A stretch of 64,000 nt of DNA from NCBI GenBank assembly GCA_963665775.2, contig CAXXTF010000002.1, positions 320,001 through 384,000 of the forward strand, in the 5' to 3' direction. Position 1 is the stretch's first letter. Each line of letters starts with the position of its first letter. The notes under the pieces are model-generated. The model worked only from the letters and a program-made list of their open reading frames with translations. It was not told the DNA's origin and searched no databases. This stretch comes from Dehalococcoidia bacterium (GTDB taxonomy: Bacteria > Chloroflexota > Dehalococcoidia > SM23-28-2 > RBG-16-64-32). This document shows positions 32,314 to 41,138 of the stretch, in pieces. Both the position numbers and the translations under genes were made by a program.

Positions 32314-33492
32314 ATGCGGAGCATGAGCCTGACGACGGCTGGCCTGGCCCTAGTTGCCGTGATCGGCGTGGTTGTGGTGGGGTTGGCGCTGGCCGTGTCC
32401 CCGGCGCGGGGCCAGGACGACATCACCTACAACGTGACTATAGAGAACCTCACAGGCGGACAGCCCTTCACGCCGCCACTGGTCGTGGCGCACTCCGACC
32501 AGATAGACCTCTTCAAGCTGGGCCTGGCGGCGACCGCTGAGCTGAAAGAGTTAGCCGAGAACGGCAACAACGATCCCCTTGTGGCCCTGTTCGGCGGCTC
32601 CGATGCGGTCTTCGACATGGAGACCGGCACGGGACCCATCCTCCCCGGCGAGTCGGCTATCATCACCGTCGAGGCTCCGGAGGGAAGTCTGCTATCTGTG
32701 GCCGCGATGCTCATCTGCACGAACGACGGCTTTACCGGCGTGGACTCCCGGCCGTTGCCTGCCAGCGGGTCGGACTCCATCGACGTTAACTCCTACGATG
32801 CGGGCACGGAGCTGAACACCGAGGATTTCGCCCATATAGTTCCGCCTTGCCAGGCGCTGATCGGCGTCACTTCTGATGACGAAGGCACGGGCATGAGCGA
32901 CCCGACGCTGGTCGAGGGCGGGTTCATCGCACCCCACATCGGAATCCTGGGCGGCACCGACCTGACCATGTTCGATCACGGCTGGACCGATCCGGTCGCC
33001 AGGATCACGGTCAACGTGATGCCTTCGCCACCCCCGGGGGGGGAGCCACCGGTGTTCAGCGCTGCTCGCTTTACCGGGACCGCCACCATCGATGGAGTTC
33101 CCCTGCCCGACAACCACCCGGGCATCGGCGCCCAGGTCAACGGAATCAACTGCGGAAGCGGATTGATCACCGGCGGCACCTACACCATTGACGTGGCCTC
33201 CGATCTCACAGGAAAGGAAGGGTGCGGCAAGCCAGGTGACACAGTAGTCTTCGTGGTCCTCGGAGAGGGCGATCCGGGCGGTCAGGAGTTCGACCAACAA
33301 GGAATCTGGGACAACACCAAAACGACCGAACTGAACCTGACACTCACCACGGAGCCAGGCGGGCTGCCCCCCACCGGTGGGCCTCCCGGTGGTGCCGATA
33401 GCGCCTCGCCTTTGGTTTATGTTCTCCTAGCGTTGGGCGGTCTGGCAGTACTGGTTGGCTCTGCTGGACTCTTCCGGCGCCTCAACCGGTAA
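32314..33492 (+). CDS. Secreted Spondin_N-domain protein with LPxTG-like sorting signal
   Basis: YNVTIENLT..QPFTP, AMLICTNDGF, YDAGTE; LPPTG + TM + RRLNR. Confidence 0.85.
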   Translation: MRSMSLTTAGLALVAVIGVVVVGLALAVSPARGQDDITYNVTIENLTGGQPFTPPLVVAHSDQIDLFKLGLAATAELKELAENGNNDPLVALFGGSDAVFDMETGTGPILPGESAIITVEAPEGSLLSVAAMLICTNDGFTGVDSRPLPASGSDSIDVNSYDAGTELNTEDFAHIVPPCQALIGVTSDDEGTGMSDPTLVEGGFIAPHIGILGGTDLTMFDHGWTDPVARITVNVMPSPPPGGEPPVFSAARFTGTATIDGVPLPDNHPGIGAQVNGINCGSGLITGGTYTIDVASDLTGKEGCGKPGDTVVFVVLGEGDPGGQEFDQQGIWDNTKTTELNLTLTTEPGGLPPTGGPPGGADSASPLVYVLLALGGLAVLVGSAGLFRRLNR

Positions 33493-33508
33493 GCTCATAG
33501 CGTCTCCA

Positions 33509-33541
33509 GCTAAACGGGCCCCTTTGCCGGGCCCGTTTAGC
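33509..33541. terminator. 13-bp perfect hairpin after the spondin gene
   Basis: GCTAAACGGGCCC-N7-GGGCCCGTTTAGC; no long U-tract. Confidence 0.55.
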
Positions 33542-33850
33542 ATGGTTCGGCTGTATCTGCCGGAGCGTCGAGCCACCCTTCGGCGTCCCACAGGCGGGCC
33601 TCGGCGGCCTCCAGCTCGCCGCCAAACAGTGACGCCCAGGCAACCCAAACGCTGAGCACGGGCCTAGGAGGGGCAAGCTCGTCTGGTAGCGTCTTCAACC
33701 AGCCAGACAACGTAGCTTCCTGTCCACCGGTGAACATCGATGGCGCTGCCAGCTCGACTAGGGCCGCCGCTCGCTCGAATTCCTTGGCGACAAGAGCATG
33801 GCGGACTGCATCGGCCCGCAGACCATTTGCTCGTACCACCCGCTCGCCCG
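33537..33850 (-). pseudogene. MalT-like LuxR regulator internal fragment
   Basis: NGLRADAVRHALVAKEFERAAALVE...WLKTLPDE...AEARLWDAE. Confidence 0.7.
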
Positions 33851-34031
33851 ACGACAATGTCTATCGGCAAGACGGGTAGACGCATCGAGTGGCCCCACAG
33901 AAACGGCAGCTTACATTGCTGCCTACATGCGGACAGGCTGCGGCGGGGTGAGCAGCGACACTATGCAGACTTAGTGTTGGTCGCCCAACCGTCTGATAAG
34001 GCCCTCGGTGACATGAACGAAGGGTATTTGG

Positions 34032-34577
34032 CTAATCTCTGCTGGCGCGGCGCGCTGCCTGCTCGTTGTCCCGTTGGACACTGCCGAAGCGAGTTAGTTC
34101 GTGTCTGAGGTCGAGGGGGGCCACCACGGCGCGGCTATCGAATTCGCCCCATCGGTCCCGGGGAACCATCCACATTACCTCGAACTCATTGCCATCGGGA
34201 TCGCGCCCATAGAGCGACTTGGTAGCCCCGTGATCGCTCTGGCCAGTGAGCGCACCTAGATCGGCCAGCAGGGAGGCAGCCTCGGCCAGATCCTCAATCT
34301 TGGCCACTTCCCAGGCCAGATGGTAGAGTCCGGTAGATCCGGGCGCCGGCTGCGCGGCCGTCGGTCCCACCTCCAGAAGCCCAAGGTCATGGTGGTTGCT
34401 GAATCCGCGGGAGCGCAGGAAGGCCATCTTCCCCGCTTCGCGGGCGATCTCTTGGAATCCGAAGGCTAGCTGGTAGAATTCCACCGACCGGTTCAGGTCC
34501 CGAACGTATAGGACGGCGTGATTCAATCGCGTAACCCGAACGAAAGTGGCGGACTCCTTGGTGTCCAAGTCACTCAT
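34032..34577 (-). CDS. VOC/glyoxalase family protein
   Basis: LNHAVLYVRDL, NHHDLGL, GLYHLAW, DHG..SLYGRDPDGNEFEV. Confidence 0.92.
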   Translation of the reverse strand: MSDLDTKESATFVRVTRLNHAVLYVRDLNRSVEFYQLAFGFQEIAREAGKMAFLRSRGFSNHHDLGLLEVGPTAAQPAPGSTGLYHLAWEVAKIEDLAEAASLLADLGALTGQSDHGATKSLYGRDPDGNEFEVMWMVPRDRWGEFDSRAVVAPLDLRHELTRFGSVQRDNEQAARRASRD

Positions 34578-34589
34578 AATATGCTCCTT

Positions 34590-35327
34590 TCAGATTCGGC
34601 CCTTCCATATCCCCACTGGTTTGAACTGCATTGGCACATCCACAAGGATGAGCTCGCTCCGATTAACCGCACGGATGCGAAGATCGGGTTCGTCCGTCAC
34701 CTTGGCCGCGTCGCCAGTATGCAGGTGCTCTTCGAAGAACCGGGCCGCGCCATTGATCAGATATGCATACACGCCACGGCGGGCGCCAATCTCGTGCGCG
34801 ACCTCAACGCCAGGCTCCAGCGAAGCGATGTGGACGGACGCGTCCTGATGAAGCTGGACACTGTCGCCTCCTTCGGGACCGATGACCTTCAGGAGCCTGT
34901 TGGTGCGGTCTTCGAGCGTAAAGACACGCTGCTCGACTCCTGGCTTGAGGTCAGGTGTGTCTGGGAGGATCCAAATCTGGACGAATCGCATCGGTTCGTC
35001 TTTCGACGCGTTCTGCTCGGAGTGGAGCGCCCCTGAGCCCAGCGTCATGCGTTGCACCGACCCGGCCGGTAGTGGTCCATATGAGCCTCCGACGTTGTCC
35101 TCGTGTCCGAACGTGCCTTCCACGACATAGGTGAGCCCTTCGACGTCGCGGTGTGGGTGAAGCGGCCAGGTGGCACCGGGGGTCAGGCGGTCGTCGTTGA
35201 ATACGCGCATCGCCCCGAAGCTTTCATTCTCGGGATCGTTGTACGTCTCAAACGAAAAGTGCCAGCGGGCGTGATACCAGTCGCCCACGACTTCGTAGAT
35301 TTCACTATTGCGACGAACTCTGATCAC
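34590..35327 (-). CDS. Pirin family protein
   Basis: WHFSF..Y.DP, RVFNDD, HPHRDVE, HSEQN, QIWILP; GTG start after GGGAG. Confidence 0.92.
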   Translation of the reverse strand: MIRVRRNSEIYEVVGDWYHARWHFSFETYNDPENESFGAMRVFNDDRLTPGATWPLHPHRDVEGLTYVVEGTFGHEDNVGGSYGPLPAGSVQRMTLGSGALHSEQNASKDEPMRFVQIWILPDTPDLKPGVEQRVFTLEDRTNRLLKVIGPEGGDSVQLHQDASVHIASLEPGVEVAHEIGARRGVYAYLINGAARFFEEHLHTGDAAKVTDEPDLRIRAVNRSELILVDVPMQFKPVGIWKGRI

Positions 35328-35572
35328 CGCGATCTCCCTTCCACCGTCCAGATCCGACGGACCCTGAAGGGCGGCGTGGTCCTCCCCCTCAAGCCCGTGC
35401 CGCCACGCTAGTGAGAAAGGATTATAGTACTCCCTTCCGCGCCTCGCAATGAGGGTCGGAATTGGCCACAACCCAAACTCTTGGGTAAAGTTGTCTGCCT
35501 AACCACACAGCCCCGATTCGGGACGGATTGTACGGTTGCCTCAGCGTGGTCTTGCGTCAAGCTGATTCCACC

Positions 35573-35714
35573 GGATCTGTCAGATCTCAGGGCTTAGGCG
35601 CCGCCAGGAACGCGGTCCTGGCCTCACGACGCCCGCCCTCAGATTCGGAGGGCGTCGATTTCTCGCCCTCCAGCATGCCCCGATATGGCTCGAGCCCTGA
35701 GTTCTGACAGATCC
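35573..35714. mobile_element. 142-bp MITE with IS6-type ends
   Basis: GGATCTGTCAGATCTCAGGGCT...AGCCCTGAGTTCTGACAGATCC; no transposase. Confidence 0.85.
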
Positions 35715-35715
35715 C

Positions 35716-36012
35716 TTTAGTCAGGGCTACGTCTCGTCCGAACTGCTGGTTGATAACGCTGATTACCGCACGGCCATCCGCGAGAAGATCGGCTCTGGCG
35801 CCCCCGGCTTCCAAGCTTTGTTCCCGGATGGCGGGATAGTGCCAGCCGACTATGAAGTCGTTTATGCGATCGTGGCCGAATGGGGCGATCGGACTCTTCG
35901 CGACCTCCCTTTCTTCAGCAAGATCAACCTTCGTAAGCATTCACGGAATCTGCGGCGACTGGGATTCAAGGTGACCCACGCTGCGGTGCAAGTTGTCAAT
36001 CCTGACCCATAG
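35716..36012 (+). pseudogene. TIGR04141/DUF6119-like protein C-terminal remnant
   Basis: FSQGYVSSELL...YEVVYAI...LPFFSKINL...RLGFKV; clipped by the MITE. Confidence 0.7.
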
Positions 36013-36096
36013 AAGCCAGAAAGACGGCGTCCGTAGGTTGACGAAATCTCGAACCACAGGTGTCAGCAGATCGAAAATATCCGCAGCGGTCAGGCC

Positions 36097-36170
36097 TGTG
36101 GGGTGCTAAAATTACATCCGTATCTGAAAACGTCATGCGGCCAGCCATTCGTACTCGTGATGTAGACCAC
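36097..36170 (-). mobile_element. rve-IS end with transposase 3' tail
   Basis: 30-bp end plus GLHHEYEWLAA*, same layout as 13820..13890. Confidence 0.8.
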
Positions 36171-36343
36171 TGTGGGGTGCCAAAACCTCATCCGTATCTG
36201 GAGATTCGGATCGGCCAGCCAAGGGATCTGGGTCTTAGATGGCCAGGAGCACCTGCGGAAGTGTCCAACTAGACTCCCTGCCCGGCAAGTAGGTGGTCCA
36301 GCGGCTGGCCTGTTACGTAGGGATAGGGTTTTGGATCCCCACA
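36171..36343. mobile_element. 173-bp MITE-like unit with rve-IS ends
   Basis: TGTGGGGTGCCAAAACCTCATCC...GGATAGGGTTTTGGATCCCCACA. Confidence 0.6.
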
Positions 36344-36348
36344 ATGCT

Positions 36349-36489
36349 CTACGCCTTCCCGATGCGGGACATCTTGCCTCCGCAGACCGGGCAAGGCCCC
36401 TGGGTTGCTGGCCGTCCGTTCTTGAGGGTCACAGATTTGGCGTCGCGAATTTCTCTCATCGCCTTGCACACCAGGCAGTAACCCTGCGT
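36349..36489 (-). pseudogene. DUF5679 paralog with ACG in place of ATG
   Basis: Same RBS AAAGGAGGCTGCC; (T)QGYCLVCK...CPVCGGKMSRIGKA*; TTGACA-N16-TATGAT upstream. Confidence 0.8.
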
Positions 36490-36694
36490 GGCAGCCTCCT
36501 TTGGATGGATAGGTGGCCCAATCATACGATGGCCAAGAGGGCTGTCAAGGGCTAAGCACGGCGGGGTGCCAAGATGTCATCCGTGTCTGATGGGCTAGCC
36601 ACATCTTAGGCGCTCGCGGCCAAGAACCCGGAGGGTGTAAAGCGGTGGGCGCTCGAGCGGTGCCAGCGGAGCGAACGGTAAGAGTTCGCACTGG

Positions 36695-36853
36695 CTCGAG
36701 TTCGACTATGCCGTCGTGGTGGATACGGACAAGTTTAACGCGAAGGAGTTCTACGTTGCTTCGACTCGCGGCACGAGCGGATTAACTGTTCTATCACCAA
36801 GTCCCGTAGTGAGGTTCGACGGTGTCTCGAACACTTTGGAGGAGTACCCATAA
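36695..36853 (+). pseudogene. UvrD-like helicase C-terminal remnant (GajB-like)
   Basis: LEFDYAVVVD...FYVASTRGTSGLTVL (helicase motifs V/VI). Confidence 0.65.
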
Positions 36854-37099
36854 GTTGGTCCGCTGCTCCGATAACAGCTATCAACCATTGTGGGGTGCCA
36901 AATTGTTATCCGTATCTGAACGATGTCCTGGATATACCAGTTGCCCGCCGTTCACGTGGCTCGCATGCCACAGGTCGTGAGTGGCTCGACGAGGGTTCCA
37001 GGGCAAGGGGGCAAATGAACGGCGACTCCGGGATTCTAACTCCGGGAGTCTAGCGGCCAGCCGCCGATTCGCTGTGGCCAGCCCTTTACATCTGAGTGA

Positions 37100-37144
37100 T
37101 GGAGGGCCCGGTGGGATTCGAACCCACGACTCCCGGATTTAAAG
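37100..37144 (-). other. tRNA-Lys-like 3' half, putative att core (copy 2, loop CTTTAAA)
   Basis: Same T-arm/acceptor as copies 1 and 3; one loop substitution; no 5' half. Confidence 0.8.
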
Positions 37145-37224
37145 TTCGGGGGCTGCCCGCGCCTTGAGTTGTCCTCCTCTTAAATATGGGAGGTAACCAC
37201 TTCTTGCGTGCAGTTATGCGCTGT

Positions 37225-38076
37225 CTACCTCGGATTTAGGCTCCAATTCCCGTCAGCCCGGACATCCCAATAACAGGGTCCCTCGGCGAACGAGACGACC
37301 GTGCTGCCGGTGACAGCCCCGATTTCATTTTGGACGAGGTCAAACCCACCAAAGCAGAACAGCCAGACGATGAAGTTACGCGATCCGTCATGGGATACCT
37401 CCCACGGTGCCGCATTCGTACTTGAGGGTATGAAGAGCCCGCTTATCGCGTCTCCAGATCCACCGAAGCTGGACGATGTCACTATCCCTATGGGCTTAAT
37501 CGTAGCCGTCCAGGAACCATCAGCATTAATTTCCAGGAAGAATGGTTCAGCCCCCACGATTGCGCGAGTGCCCTGGTATCGACCGATCTCGTTGACGAGG
37601 AGGTCCTCTTCTCCGTTCTGAAAGACCTTGACGATGAAGTTGCTCGGCCCGGCGTGAGTAAAGGTTATGGTCGAGATCGCCGACGGTGGAGTTATCGGGT
37701 CCGTCACGACTTGGCCGACTCCCTGCAGGACTATCGGTGTCGGTGCCGGCGTAGGCACCGGCGTTGGCGTCGGACTAGCGGTTGGAGTTGCGGTCGGAGC
37801 GATTGTTGAAGTCGGCTCCGGTGTCCGAGTCGGGGTAGCGGCTGGCGTGGCACCAGGAGTGGGACTAGGTGTGGCAGTGGGTGTGGCTGTTGCGCCCCCG
37901 ACGATCCCGTCCGATTCGTCGTCTCCATCTCCGGAGCCCGCCGCGATCGAGATAATGACAATCCAGAGTAGCCCGGTGCCGACCGCGGCACTGATCTGAC
38001 CCCATCTGAATGGTATAAACCGCCGCCAGACGGGTAGCAGGACCGTCCACTCAAGGATCAGTCGGATGCGATCCAT
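37225..38076 (-). CDS. Membrane-anchored PT-linker protein with two repeated beta domains
   Basis: TM, PT-rich linker, twice H.G..NFIV...LVxNEIG...ADG.W. Confidence 0.8.
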   Translation of the reverse strand: MDRIRLILEWTVLLPVWRRFIPFRWGQISAAVGTGLLWIVIISIAAGSGDGDDESDGIVGGATATPTATPSPTPGATPAATPTRTPEPTSTIAPTATPTASPTPTPVPTPAPTPIVLQGVGQVVTDPITPPSAISTITFTHAGPSNFIVKVFQNGEEDLLVNEIGRYQGTRAIVGAEPFFLEINADGSWTATIKPIGIVTSSSFGGSGDAISGLFIPSSTNAAPWEVSHDGSRNFIVWLFCFGGFDLVQNEIGAVTGSTVVSFAEGPCYWDVRADGNWSLNPR

Positions 38077-38343
38077 CGCTAGAATCCTGCCTTTACTGGC
38101 CAGCTATGTCGGCGCTTCGTATTCACTCCGCTTCAGCTCCTCGATCCAGGTGGTCATGTCTGCCACCGACCTCATTGACTCTACGACTACCCACAGCATC
38201 TGATCCGGCGGTGGGTGCTTGGCAAGGTAATCAGCAAGGCAAACGACCTCACGCCGCTGGCAATGCGCCGAAAAGGTGGGTGCCTGATGGCGGATGTGAA
38301 AACAGCCGGGGAACCTCGGATCTATGATGGCTACCTTTACGAT

Positions 38344-38715
38344 TCATTCTGCATTTCTAGGGCGCTCTATCAAAGGGAGATTGACCGACTCGTCATCAGT
38401 AACGGTGAGGGTAGCGACCTGTTTGCCATCGATAAGGAGGTCAACGTGATTGTCACCCCATCGAACAAAAACCCTGATGATGCCCTCCGGGCTGGGAACG
38501 GCAGCGCTTATAGACCCAGTAAGGATTAGTTCTTCTTTATGAAGTACGTTCGCCAACTTGACCTGAATCGTTCCATCAGGAAGCTTCGTGGGCTGTGCGC
38601 TTACCTCCGCGTGGATACGGGTCGGAAACCAGTAGCTGCTCCCGTTCTTGTGCCAGTCTTGGTGCGGGTGCTGCAGCCCCAGCATGATCGTTCCTGTGTC
38701 TCTTACATCTGCCAT
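38344..38715 (-). CDS. Hypothetical protein (beta-rich)
   Basis: GAGGGAG RBS; W..NHVDLLIDGKQVA resembles a LamG-like strand. Confidence 0.6.
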   Translation of the reverse strand: MADVRDTGTIMLGLQHPHQDWHKNGSSYWFPTRIHAEVSAQPTKLPDGTIQVKLANVLHKEELILTGSISAAVPSPEGIIRVFVRWGDNHVDLLIDGKQVATLTVTDDESVNLPLIERPRNAE

Positions 38716-38889
38716 CGTAGCTCCCTCTCTGTTCAGGTACTTCCCCGCTTCTTGCGAAGCGTGCCCTTGCTATGGCCATCTGTCAATATTTTTGGCCATT
38801 TGGCCATAGAGGTAGGTGCCTGATGAACCGTCGTCAAGCGCAGGGCGCGGTGATGGGCGATAGAAAAGAAATGCGCCCGGTCTACGATG

Positions 38890-39005
38890 TTCCTTTCCCT
38901 TTGATGCTCAGCTTCGCGTTCCTTTAGCGGTCGCTCCGTAATTCCGCCGTGCTTGATCTTGTTGCCTTCTTTGAACTCGTATTTCCTATAGGTTCTCGCC
39001 GGCCT
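38890..39005 (-). pseudogene. Small GIY-YIG-like protein remnant
   Basis: KYEFKEGNKIKHGGITERPLKEREAEHQ; start unclear. Confidence 0.45.
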
Positions 39006-39199
39006 GCATCCCCTGGCCCCGCGTGGAAGGCTTCCGGCCCGCCGTTGGTACACATGATAATTCTAGCGTCCTTCACTTGCCTATTGCCAGCCGTACCAGG
39101 CAAAGGTGGCAAACGAGCGGAGACCCCCGGATTCTCACTCCGGGAGTCTAGCCATCATTGGCAAGGACCACGGGGGGCCAGCCCGTTACATTTAAGTGA

Positions 39200-39246
39200 T
39201 GGAGGGCCCGGTGGGATTCGAACCCACGACTCCCGGATTAAAAGTC
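39200..39246 (-). other. tRNA-Lys(TTT)-like 3' half, putative att core (copy 3)
   Basis: Near-identical to 21615..21661. Confidence 0.85.
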
Positions 39247-39254
39247 ACACTCTC

Positions 39255-39500
39255 AGGGCCTAATTGCTAAGGCCTCAGATTCGATAATCGGGGTGAAACT
39301 GGGGTAAGAACAGGGTGAAATCGGGACCTCGCTGAGGGGCCCAATTGCTAAAAGGCTGAAATTAAATCTGCGGTAAACTTGCGGTGAATCTTCGGCGGAT
39401 TTACGTGAGCGATCGCCTCCGCCGCGAGGGCCCTAATTGCTAAGGTAATTGTTAAGGCGCTAGATTCAGAATCTTCAGGATACCTTCAGGGAATCTTCAG
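39255..39500. repeat. ATTGCTAA box plus 11-bp phased repeat array (second copy)
   Basis: As 21670..21895, with two extra 11-bp CTTCAGG units. Confidence 0.75.
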
Positions 39501-40513
39501 GCTAATCGGGCATTCCCCAAGATCCGACTCTCCTCCGCTAGCCTCCCCTTCAAGCGATCTGCCGGGCTGAACAGGACGTGCGCCTGCGCCGCCTTCTCCG
39601 CATCGTAGGTCGCCGTGTAGCGCCGCAGCATCGCCGGCGTGGAGTGGCCAAGAAGCGTCTGAACGTCAATCTCCCTCGCTTGCTGCTCGATAGCCCAGGT
39701 GGCGAAGGTGTGGCGGAAGCGGTGCGGATGTACGTTGGTTAGAGAGGCCTTCTGGCCCAGCCTCTGGAAGATGGTCCGCAAGGCGGTCCGGCACAGGGAC
39801 TGTCCTCTGCATGTCAGAAATAGCCGCCCGGGGCCCCGGCCTCGAAATCCCTCCAGGTAGTGCTGGATGGCCCGGCGAGCCTCATCCCCAAACCGGACCA
39901 CTCGCTGTTTGTTCCCCTTCCCGTGACTGATGTGCATGCGCCCAGTCTCAAAGTCGACCTCTTCCAGATCAAGGTTACATAACTCGCTGGCCCTGAGGCC
40001 GGTGTCCAGCAGGACGAGGATGAGGGCCCGGTCTCTGGCCCCTTTGTGGGTCGAGGGATCGCACCAGGCGAGGAGGCGAAGGACATCCTCCTGGGAGAAC
40101 GGTCGAATCACCTTCTGAGGCACCTTGATGTTCTTCACCTTGGAGAACGGGTTCGTGGTGACGTAATCGTGACGCAGGAGCCAGGAGAAGAATGCCCTGG
40201 TCTCCCGCTGCCTCCGCCACTGGGTCATGGCGGAAACGCCAGTATCGGCCACGCACCCCAGGAACTGGTAGACGTGGGCAGCAGTGAAGGAGGCTGGATC
40301 CTCGGGTAGTCTCTTCTGCCCGATGACGTTCGTGAAGATCCCAAGGGACTCCCGATAAGACCGGATGGTCTCCTCCGACTTCCCCTCGATGCGACAGGAG
40401 GTGAGGTAGAGTTCGATGATCCCCGTCAGGTCCCGCTGGTGGCTGCCGTTGCCGTCGCCGTTTCTCTCCATGCTCTCCCCCACACTTAGATAAGAAGGCC
40501 GTGTTCCATTCAT
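39497..40513 (-). CDS. XerC/D-like tyrosine recombinase, close paralog of 21890..22906
   Basis: Same length and catalytic R-K-HxxR-H-Y motifs. Confidence 0.92.
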   Translation of the reverse strand: MNGTRPSYLSVGESMERNGDGNGSHQRDLTGIIELYLTSCRIEGKSEETIRSYRESLGIFTNVIGQKRLPEDPASFTAAHVYQFLGCVADTGVSAMTQWRRQRETRAFFSWLLRHDYVTTNPFSKVKNIKVPQKVIRPFSQEDVLRLLAWCDPSTHKGARDRALILVLLDTGLRASELCNLDLEEVDFETGRMHISHGKGNKQRVVRFGDEARRAIQHYLEGFRGRGPGRLFLTCRGQSLCRTALRTIFQRLGQKASLTNVHPHRFRHTFATWAIEQQAREIDVQTLLGHSTPAMLRRYTATYDAEKAAQAHVLFSPADRLKGRLAEESRILGNARLA

Positions 40514-40754
40514 CACTCTGCTGCTGCGGGAAGTCAAGCGCCGTTGCAGAGAACGCGGGAGGAAACAGGAGCGAATCGGGCGGATAGGCCCAATTCAGGC
40601 TGCGGGAGAGGGGTCGGCACACACTAGAACGAGCGAGGTGCACACACAGGCGCGCTACCTTTTCAGCTTCGGATGTATTTTGACCCCCCACAATCGCTCA
40701 CTGCCCTTAGCCGGATGTATGATTGTGCCACCTATCTGTCCAAAGGAGGCTGCC

Positions 40755-40768
40755 ATGCAGGGTTACTC
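40755..40768 (+). pseudogene. DUF5679 5' stub cut by an rve-IS end
   Basis: Same promoter/RBS and ATGCAGGGTTACT, then CATTTTGCCCCCCCCACA. Confidence 0.75.
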
Positions 40769-40789
40769 CCATTTTGCCCCCCCCACACT

Positions 40790-40986
40790 GAGAGTTGCTG
40801 GCGGAGGGCCATATTCTCCAGGACGAGGTGATGCTGAGATCTAAAGGTGGCGCGCAGGGCAGAGCGAAGGAGCAGCAGGTGATCAATGCCGGGCCTCCGT
40901 GACTTCGTAATGTCCTAACGCTGGCCCAACTAGCTCAGTGCGTCAACCCTCCTAGATACGGATGACATTTTGCCCCCCCCCCCACA
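40790..40986 (-). mobile_element. rve-IS transposase 5' head and end
   Basis: Aligns by eye with 14800..14991. Confidence 0.8.
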
Positions 40987-41138
40987 CCCACAACTTCGGC
41001 TAACAGAACCCAGCTGTACAGATAGGGATGACATTTTGCCCCCCCCCACAGGTCCAGCAGCTGGCCTTTTGAATACGGATGAAGTTTTGGCACCCCACAG
41101 AGCGATTCGGGGACGCACCGCCCATGCCGAGGACGACG

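Noticed and set aside
33890-33975. Integron attC-like site (also considered near 47520 and 56980)
   Set aside because: No convincing RYYYAAC/GTTRRRY pairing, and the integrases show no IntI-type insertion that I can see
37100-37190. Full suppressor, Pyl or Sec tRNA with a UUA loop
   Set aside because: No D-arm or 5' acceptor strand complementary to CGGGCCC; only a 3' half
37195-37225. dif/Xer site (CGCATAA resembles the XerC arm)
   Set aside because: No TTATGTTAAA-like XerD arm after the 6-bp spacer
36097-41099. 30-bp repeats as a CRISPR array
   Set aside because: Irregular spacing, both orientations, match to IS termini, no cas genes
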